The position numbers and the translations under genes are program-made. Below are positions 1 to 6,931 of a DNA stretch of 9,495 nt, in pieces. The notes under the pieces are model-generated. The model did no database searches, was not told where the DNA came from, and saw only the letters and a list, made by a program, of their open reading frames with translations. Numbering within the stretch: position 1 is the first letter of the stretch; each line of letters starts with the position of its first letter. The DNA lies in assembly GCF_006345805.1 (NCBI RefSeq), contig NW_021827972.1, positions 1 through 9,495 on the forward strand. Reading direction: 5' to 3'. The DNA comes from Octopus sinensis (Eukaryota).

Positions 1-344
1 TCAGTCCTTTCAGTAACGTCCAAGATGGAACTGCTGTCGCTAGGGTAAACATACGAGACTGCTTGCCGTTCCCCACCAAAAAAAGGCGCGGGACGGTCTT
101 CACGGTCCTCCATCTTGTATGTGACAAAATTTGTTCGATTAAATTCCAGAAGTCAGTAATGTTTAGACATTGAGTAAGTACTCGGTACCCGTATAGGACG
201 GGATTAGTTGTCTGCTCTGCCATACCTGAAGAGATTTTTACAAATCACAATATCCTGCAGTATTACTGCAATGTCGATTTCTAGAGGTTAACCATAACTC
301 CCAACACAAACTACTTAAAGCATACCAGTATAATAACAACAATA

Positions 345-770
345 ATGACCTAGCAGGTGGGGCCCAGTTAAAATTTTCTTCTGGTCGAGTAGCCCATCCC
401 GCTCAAAAGGTTCCTGAATAAAGGTTGTTTAAGGATGTTGAACAAAAGATCCATGTTTCCAAAGGTGAATTATTCAAAGTCCAAAGAAATCCTCTCAACA
501 TACGGCTATGATGCTGCCCCATAACCAGTTGAGCATGTCCCTTAGTGGCTGACGAAATGTGCATCTCTGATAACGAGCTGAAATAGTGGGGGGCGGCATC
601 ATAGCCATGTGTTGAGAGAGATACTTTGGGGTTTGAATAATTCACTTCTGAAAACATGGGTGTTTCGTTCAGTTCAACATCCTTAAACAACCCTTACTCG
701 GGGACCTTTTCAGCAGGATGGGTTACTCGACCAGAAGAAAATTCTAACTGAGCCCCACCTGCAAGGTCAT
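345..770. repeat. Long imperfect inverted repeat: arms ~345-521 and ~587-770, spacer ~65 bp
   Basis: Left arm ATGACCTAGCAGGTGGGGCCCAGTTAAAATTTTCTTCTGGTCGAGTAG...GGCTATGATGCTGCCCC is the reverse complement of GGGGCGGCATCATAGCC...TTACTCGACCAGAAGAAAATTCTAACTGAGCCCCACCTGCAAGGTCAT. Hand alignment gives about 85% identity over ~176 bp, with one 5-bp indel. Confidence 0.97.
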
Positions 771-930
771 GTGCTGTTTATCCTGATATGAGATCACTAT
801 GTCGCGCACATATGGTTACGAGGCATGAGCCTGGTGTACCCTTATCAGATGGGTAGTCACGATGGGTATATTGGGCTTCGTATATTTTATCCCAGTGTCA
901 CTTCGATGGCATGCACTGCTCTATCATCAA
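522..930 (+). mobile_element. 3' end of a 5'-truncated non-LTR retroposon with an (AAT)n tail, possibly Dong/R4-type
   Basis: A complex non-coding segment runs directly into (AAT)n at ~929, and a partial inverted copy sits next to it (345-521). The composite is bounded by AAT/AAC repeats on both sides (330-346 and 929 onward). Dong (R4 clade) elements are known to target (TAA)n. The family assignment is inference because no coding sequence remains. Confidence 0.55.
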
Positions 931-1096
931 TAATAATATAATAAATAATAATAATTAATATAATAATAATAACTAATACAATACTAATAATAATAATAAT
1001 ATAATAATGATAATATACCAAAAACAACAACAACAACAACAATAAAATAATAATAATAATAATAATAATAACAATAATTATAATAATAATATAATA

Positions 1097-1129
<33 letters not shown>

Positions 1130-1348
1130 TAATAACAACAACAACAACAACAACAATAATAATAATAATAATAATAATAACAACAATAATACCAGCAGTG
1201 GTAATAGTGGTGGTGGCGGCGGTTATGTTATTGGTGGTGGTGGTGGTGCTGCTACTGCTGATGATAATGATTGTGATGATGATGAGGATAATGACGATGT
1301 TAATGATGATGATAATGATTATGATGATAGTGACGATGAAGATGACGG
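929..1348. repeat. Compound trinucleotide microsatellite (AAT)n/(AAC)n/(GGT)n/(GAT)n
   Basis: Directly visible. It explains the poly-Leu/Ile/Met ORFs 887..1186 and the start of 1126..1950. Confidence 0.97.
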
Positions 1349-1374
1349 ATAAAATCTCTCAATATAAAAGATAT

Positions 1375-1383
1375 ACGTACCTT
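1375..1383 (-). other. Candidate 5' splice donor of a 3'-UTR intron (AAG|GTACGT)
   Basis: The minus strand reads CCTTGAAAG|GTACGTAT 44 nt after the stop codon, and the sequence becomes microsatellite about 30 nt later. Confidence 0.5.
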
Positions 1384-1424
1384 TCAAGGACAGAGATCGG
1401 TATTGATGAGTCAAAAGTAATTTA

Positions 1425-3716
1425 TCAACCAATAATACCTCCTTCATCACGTGTTGGTCTATGGGTGGTGAACCACGGTCTATATTGTGTTGTCCACCAT
1501 CTTGGATGCCAGGTAGTGTACCGAGGTCTATATTGTGTTGTCCACCATCTTGGATGCCAGGTAGTGTACCGAGGTCTATATTGTGTTGTCCACCATCTTG
1601 GATGCCATGTAGTGTACCGAGGTCTATATTGTGTTGTCCACCATCTTGGATGCCAGGTAGTGTACCGAGGTCTATATTGTGTTGTCCACCATCTTGGATG
1701 CCAGGTAGTGTACCGAGGTCTATATTGTGTTGTCCACCATCTTGGATGCCATGTAGTGTACCGAGGTCTATATTGTGTTGTCCACCATCTTGGATGCCAG
1801 GTAGTGTACCGAGGTCTATATTGTGTTGTCCACCATCTGGGTGGCCAGGTAGTGTACCGAGGTCTATTGTGTGTGTCCACCATCTTGATGCATGTAGGGT
1901 ACCGAGGTCTATATTGTGTTGTCCCCCATCTTGGATGCCAGGTTGTGTAACCGAGTCTATATTGTGTTGTCCACCATCTTGGATGCCAGGTAGTGTACCG
2001 AGGTCTATATTGTGTTGTCCACCATCTTGGATGCCATGTAGTGTACCGAGGTCTATATTGTGTTGTCCACCATCTTGGATGCCAGGTAGTGTACCGAGGT
2101 CTATATTGTGTTGTCCACCATCTTGGATGCCAGGTAGTGTACCGAGGTCTATATTGTGTTGTCCACCATCTTGGGTACTGAGTGGTGTACCAAGGTCTAT
2201 ATTGTGTTGTCCACCATCTTGGATGCCATGTAGTGTACCGAGGTCTATATTGTGTTGTCCACCATCTTGGGTACTGGGTAGTGTACCAAGGTCTGTACTG
2301 TGTTGTCCACCATCTTGGGTACTGGGTGGTGTACCATGGATTGTAGCAAGGTGTTGCCCACCACCTCGGGTACTGGGTGGTGTACCAGGGTCTGTATCTA
2401 GTTGTCCTCCATCTTGGGTAGCTTGTAGTATACCACGGTCTGTATCTATTTGTCCTCCATCTTGGGTAGCTGGTAGTATACCAGGGTCTGTATCTAGTTG
2501 TCCTCCATCTTGGGTAGCTTGTAGTATACCAAGGTCTGTATCTATTTGTCCTCCATCTTGGGTAGCTGGTAGTATACCAGGGTCTGTATCTAGTTGTCCT
2601 CCATCCTGGGTAGCTTGTAGTATACCACGGTCTGTATCTATTTGTCCTCCATCTTGGGTAGCTGGTAGTATACCACGGTCTGTATCTATTTGTCCTCCAT
2701 CTTGGGTAGCTTGTAGTATACCAGGGTCTGTATCTAGTTGTCCTCCATCCTGGGTAGCTTGTAGTATACCACGGTCTGTATCTATTTGTCCTCCATCTAG
2801 GGTAGCTTGTAGTATACCACGGTCTGTATCTATTTGTCCTCCATCTTGGGTAGCTTGTAGTATACCAGGGTCTGTATCTAGTTGTCCTCCATCTTGGGTA
2901 GCTTGTAGTATACCACGGCCTGTATCTATTTGTCCTCCATCTTGGGTAGCTTGTAGTATACCACGGTCTGTATCTATTTGTCCTCCATCTAGGGTAGCTT
3001 GTAGTATACCAAGGTCTGTAACTATTTGTCCTCCATCTAGGGTAACTTGTGGTATACCAAGGTCTGTAATGCTTCGTTCTCCATCTTGGGTAACTCGTAG
3101 TGTACCACGGGTTGCATAGATTTGTCCACCATTGAGGATTACTTGTGGTGTACCACGGCCAGTTGGGAGTAGTACCCCATCTTGGGTAGTTGGTAGTGTA
3201 CCACGGCCAGTAGTTTGTTGTCCTCCATCTTGGGTAGTTGGTGGTGTACCAAGGTCTGTATTGTGTTGTCCACCATCTTGGGTAGTTGGTGGTGTACCTC
3301 GGCCTGTACAGAGTTGTACCCCATCTTGGGTAGTTGGTGGTGTACCAAGGCCAGTTGCGATTTGTACCCCAGTTTGGTGCAGGATGCTTGGCGATGATAT
3401 TAGACGAAGCCTCTGGTTTCCTCGTTGAGTTTTCTTGCTTCGTTTTTATAGTATCATTTCTTGCTTCCTTCTTTAGGTGACTACTATTGTTTTGTGTTAC
3501 TGCCGACTTCGAAGGAACAACAGTCGTAAACGAAGTCCCTGTGTCTTTCCTAACCAAATCCGGCGAAGACGGAGATTTAGAACTTCTTGCTATCTCGTGC
3601 AATATCTCTTCCGCATGTTCGGTGGCTGGGGAACTTGTTCTTTCTAGTTTCGCGTTGGTTCTAGACGAGAAGAAGCAGCACAGCCCAAATATCAGGAATG
3701 CGCGATAAAGCAACAT
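1425..3716 (-). CDS. Secreted Trp/Tyr/Arg/Thr/Pro-rich tandem-repeat protein (763 aa), unknown family
   Basis: ATG has a purine at -3 (AGACATG) and is followed by a signal-peptide-like N-terminus. A non-repetitive 123-aa N-terminus is open and in frame with a 39 x 16-aa array. Indels in the array preserve the frame, many unit differences are synonymous, the ORF ends in a double stop (TGA TAA), and a TATA box lies ~95 bp upstream. Confidence 0.9.
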   Translation of the reverse strand: MLLYRAFLIFGLCCFFSSRTNAKLERTSSPATEHAEEILHEIARSSKSPSSPDLVRKDTGTSFTTVVPSKSAVTQNNSSHLKKEARNDTIKTKQENSTRKPEASSNIIAKHPAPNWGTNRNWPWYTTNYPRWGTTLYRPRYTTNYPRWWTTQYRPWYTTNYPRWRTTNYWPWYTTNYPRWGTTPNWPWYTTSNPQWWTNLCNPWYTTSYPRWRTKHYRPWYTTSYPRWRTNSYRPWYTTSYPRWRTNRYRPWYTTSYPRWRTNRYRPWYTTSYPRWRTTRYRPWYTTSYPRWRTNRYRPWYTTSYPRWRTNRYRPWYTTSYPGWRTTRYRPWYTTSYPRWRTNRYRPWYTTSYPRWRTNRYRPWYTTSYPGWRTTRYRPWYTTSYPRWRTNRYRPWYTTSYPRWRTTRYRPWYTTSYPRWRTNRYRPWYTTSYPRWRTTRYRPWYTTQYPRWWATPCYNPWYTTQYPRWWTTQYRPWYTTQYPRWWTTQYRPRYTTWHPRWWTTQYRPWYTTQYPRWWTTQYRPRYTTWHPRWWTTQYRPRYTTWHPRWWTTQYRPRYTTWHPRWWTTQYRPRYTTWHPRWWTTQYRLGYTTWHPRWGTTQYRPRYPTCIKMVDTHNRPRYTTWPPRWWTTQYRPRYTTWHPRWWTTQYRPRYTTWHPRWWTTQYRPRYTTWHPRWWTTQYRPRYTTWHPRWWTTQYRPRYTTWHPRWWTTQYRPRYTTWHPRWWTTQYRPRYTTWHPRWWTTQYRPWFTTHRPTRDEGGIIG
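1476..3347 (-). repeat. Coding minisatellite: 39 units of 48 bp (one of 51 bp, one of 45 bp)
   Basis: Example plus-strand unit GTCTATATTGTGTTGTCCACCATCTTGGATGCCAGGTAGTGTACCGAG. The span is 1872 bp = 39 x 48. Protein units are WYTTNYPRWxTTxYxP, WYTTSYPRWRT(N/T)RYRP, WYTTQYPRWWTTQYRP and RYTTWHPRWWTTQYRP. Confidence 0.98.
3651..3716 (-). other. Predicted signal peptide MLLYRAFLIFGLCCFFSSRTNA (22 aa)
   Basis: Basic n-region (R), hydrophobic core AFLIFGLCCFF, and small residues at -3/-1 (T-N-A|K). Judged by eye, not by software. Confidence 0.8.
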
Positions 3717-3777
3717 GTCTAGCTTGGTTGTGTGCGTCAGCTATCCTGCGTGTCTTGCGAAACACGTCGCAAGTGGA

Positions 3778-3814
3778 CACTGGCGAAGAATTCCCAGACA
3801 GAATGCATTTTATA
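3778..3814 (-). promoter_or_regulatory. Candidate core promoter: TATAAAA (3814-3808) and Inr-like CCAGTG (A at 3781)
   Basis: A canonical TATAAAA lies 33 nt upstream of an Inr-like CCAGT and would give a ~65-nt 5' UTR with no upstream ATG. An E-box CACGTG is at 3855-3860. The CAG could alternatively be a splice acceptor. Confidence 0.6.
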
Positions 3815-3856
3815 AAACCGGGACGAGTATTGATCGCTCGCTTACAACCCATTCCA

Positions 3857-3883
3857 CGTGTGTGTGTGAGAGTAATGCAAATG

Positions 3884-3917
<34 letters not shown>

Positions 3918-4224
3918 ATATATATATGTGTGTGTATGCATAGATAGGTACACACATACATATGTATATATATATATATGCGTGTGTGTGTGTGTGTGTT
4001 TATATATATAGACATATATACATATGTATATGCACATATATGTATATATAGACACACACACACATATATATGTGTATGTATGCATGTATGGGTGTGTATA
4101 TATATATGCGTGTGTGTGTGTTTATATATATAGACATATATACATATGTATATGCACATATATGTATATATAGACACACACACATATATATATATATATG
4201 TATGTATGCATGTATGTATGGGTC

Positions 4225-4264
<40 letters not shown>

Positions 4265-4383
4265 CGAGTGCATGTATTTATGTATGTATGTATGTATGTA
4301 TGTATATGTATGGATATATATATATATATATATATATGTATAAATATATACATATATATGTATATATGAGTGGCTATATTATA

Positions 4384-4417
<34 letters not shown>
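3857..4417. repeat. Compound (TA)n/(TG)n/(CA)n/(TATG)n microsatellite with an internal ~125-bp tandem duplication
   Basis: Directly visible. The motif TTTATATATATAGACATATATACATATGTATATGCACATATATG occurs at ~3999 and ~4121. Confidence 0.95.
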
Positions 4418-4419
<2 letters not shown>

Positions 4420-4579
4420 CATTATTGTTTGTTTTTAAAACGGAATGAGATAAAACAATTTCATATGAAATTGTATGTGTACTCCATATTTTTTTTACTA
4501 AGTACATATTTATTTAAGTCTTACAAGGAAAAAGCTGACAGCCAACCTGTCAAACATTTTCGTGTAAAAGCTCATTGAC

Positions 4580-4660
<81 letters not shown>
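4580..4660. repeat. (TATC)20 microsatellite
   Basis: Directly visible. Confidence 0.98.
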
Positions 4661-4663
<3 letters not shown>

Positions 4664-4945
4664 TTTTTCCTCTTCCCCTTTTTTTCCCCTTTTTTATTCT
4701 TTTTTCATTTCTCTTTCCTTTTGTTCCTTTTCCTTTTCTTTTTTTTTCTTTTTATTCTATTTATTTTATTCAATTTTTTTTGTTTTTTTTGTTCTTTTCT
4801 TCTCTTTTACGATCCCTCTTGATCGAAAACCTACGCCACCCCTTTTTTTTTTTCTTTTGTTTTTTGTTCTCTTCATCCCCAAAAGAAAGCTCTACCTTGT
4901 AACTTGTCCCATCTGTGTGCAGCCTATGTGGCCAATAAAGAAACT
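4661..4945 (+). mobile_element. Probable 3' UTR remnant of a non-LTR retrotransposon inside a (TATC)n tract
   Basis: A T-rich tract is followed by a complex segment ending ...GTGGCCAATAAAGAAACT (AATAAA at 4934-4939), and (TATC)n resumes immediately. The same microsatellite is present on both flanks. Confidence 0.5.
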
Positions 4946-4976
4946 TATCTATCTATCTATCTATCTATCTTCTATC

Positions 4977-5058
<82 letters not shown>

Positions 5059-5059
5059 A

Positions 5060-5090
<31 letters not shown>

Positions 5091-5100
5091 CATCTATCAA

Positions 5101-5153
<53 letters not shown>

Positions 5154-5176
5154 GTCTGTCTGTCTGTCTGTCTGTC
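4946..5176. repeat. (TATC)n grading into (TGTC)n microsatellite
   Basis: Directly visible. It is the source of the YLSI-repeat ORFs. Confidence 0.97.
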
Positions 5177-5269
5177 CATCACTATCTATAGATATACACA
5201 GACATACACGCGTGCAGACATAAATATAAATATGATTTAATTGTCTAATAATTAACTTCTTCCTCTCTC

Positions 5270-5273
<4 letters not shown>

Positions 5274-5310
<37 letters not shown>
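5274..5310. repeat. (TC)n microsatellite
   Basis: Directly visible. Confidence 0.95.
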
Positions 5311-5313
<3 letters not shown>

Positions 5314-5568
5314 TGTCTCAGCTCCAATTTCAATCTATCATTTCTCATCTCTTTTCAATTTACACATTTAAAAATGCATGTGTAAATATTTATCTCTGTA
5401 TCGATCAATCTACGCATACAGACTCATGCATACACGCAAAAACACACTCACATAGACATACAAACACATACACAGGAGCATTCGTTACATTCGAATTATC
5501 TTATTTCTTTTTGAATGAGGAAAATCATTACATATACCTAGTGTATACGCCCATTGACAATGTGCGAG

Positions 5569-5569
5569 T

Positions 5570-5611
<42 letters not shown>

Positions 5612-5699
5612 ACATACACACACATATAATATATACACCACATATATATATAATAGATATATAATATATATACACATATATATACATATACACACACAC

Positions 5700-5746
<47 letters not shown>

Positions 5747-5839
5747 TATCTATCTATCTATCTCTCTCTCGTTTCTCTCTCGTCTCTCTTCTCTCTCTCT
5801 CCTCTATATATATTATATATATATATATATATACATATA
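5569..5839. repeat. (TA)n/(CA)n/(TC)n compound microsatellite; supplies the TA target of the mariner
   Basis: Directly visible. TA at 5838-5839 precedes the left TIR. Confidence 0.93.
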
Positions 5840-6023
5840 TCAGGTTGAGTAAAAAGTAAGCAGCGTTTTGAACCATGAAAAACGTGTACCGGATTTTTGC
5901 TGGGTTTTGAATATTTAAAAAATACTTTTTGGGCAATCATCTGATAACAAAGACATAGATTTGCCCAAAGGCATCGATACATTAACATTGATATTGTTTT
6001 CACCGTTGTTACAATAATCTGAA

Positions 6024-6676
6024 ATGAAACTCTCAAAGCGCGATATTCGAGCAATTTTGCTATTTAACTTAAAAAAGGGACGTAAAGCAGCTGAAACTGC
6101 TCGCGATATCAACGAAATATTTGGTGAAGAAATGACCAGTGGGTGGTCAGCTCGAAAAGGGTTTAAACGATTTCACAGTAGAGACCTGAGCCTTAAAGAT
6201 CGTGAGCGTAGCGGACCCCCATCTGTCATCAATGACGGTCAATTAAAGACCGTCATTGAGAAAGATCCACGTAAAACCATTTGAGTACTGGCAAAAGAAC
6301 CTCAAGTTAGCTGGAAAACTGGCTGCAACCATTTGCGTGTGGCCAGAAGATCCAAAACCTCGACAAATGGGTAACACACGATTTGAATGAAAATCAGATA
6401 TGAAATTTGCCCATCACTTCTTTTCCGTAACCACACCGATCCATTTGTCGACCGTATTGTAACTTGCGATGAAAATGGATCCTTTAACAACAACAACAAC
6501 AACAACCCACAACAACAACAATAATAATATAATACTGATGATGATGATAATATAATAATAATAATAATAGTAATAGTAATAATAATAAATAATAATAATA
6601 ATAATATAATAATAATAATGATGATGAGAATAAATAATATAATAATAATAATAATAATAATAATGATGATGATAAT

Positions 6677-6717
<41 letters not shown>

Positions 6718-6745
6718 AAATAATAGATGATAATATGATAATATA

Positions 6746-6788
<43 letters not shown>

Positions 6789-6869
6789 GATATAATAATA
6801 ATAATATAATATAATAATAATAATAAAATAATAATATAATATAATAATAATAATAACGATGATTAGATG

Positions 6870-6931
<62 letters not shown>

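Noticed and set aside
549-583. CTGACGA...GAAA hammerhead core in the hairpin spacer
   Set aside because: The intervening sequence cannot form stem II, and no stem III or cleavage triplet is evident.
403-690. 95-aa minus-strand ORF (and likewise 8838..9380)
   Set aside because: Both lie within repeat-derived sequence, cross element boundaries and show no recognisable domain.
1126-2181. Plus-strand ORFs with VVYRGLYCVVHHLGCQ repeats
   Set aside because: They begin in microsatellite, are an alternative frame of the 48-bp repeat, and are broken where the minus-strand frame is preserved.
1461-3119. 552-aa plus-strand ORF of SILCCPPSWMPGSVPR repeats (looks keratin-associated or metallothionein-like)
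   Set aside because: It is an antisense shadow in the same codon register. It stays open because the real gene lacks TTA/CTA/TCA codons there, and it stops exactly at the CTA (Leu) codon at 3117-3119. It has no signal peptide or unique domain.
1476-3347. CRISPR-like regular array
   Set aside because: The units are contiguous with no unique spacers, the context is eukaryotic, and no cas genes are present.
1476-3347. C-mannosylation or thrombospondin WxxW motifs; neuropeptide precursor
   Set aside because: Trp spacing is WW, WxW or WxxxW rather than WxxW, and no G-K/R-R amidation or cleavage cassettes are present.
1425-3716. Reflectin, suckerin or mussel foot protein identity
   Set aside because: There is no Met/Asp reflectin motif, no Gly/Ala-rich modules and no AKPSYPPTYK-type decapeptide. 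The similarity is compositional only, so no gene symbol is given.
3661-5936. Many short ORFs rich in YI/HT/CV/YLSI/ER
   Set aside because: They are translations of di- and tetranucleotide microsatellites.
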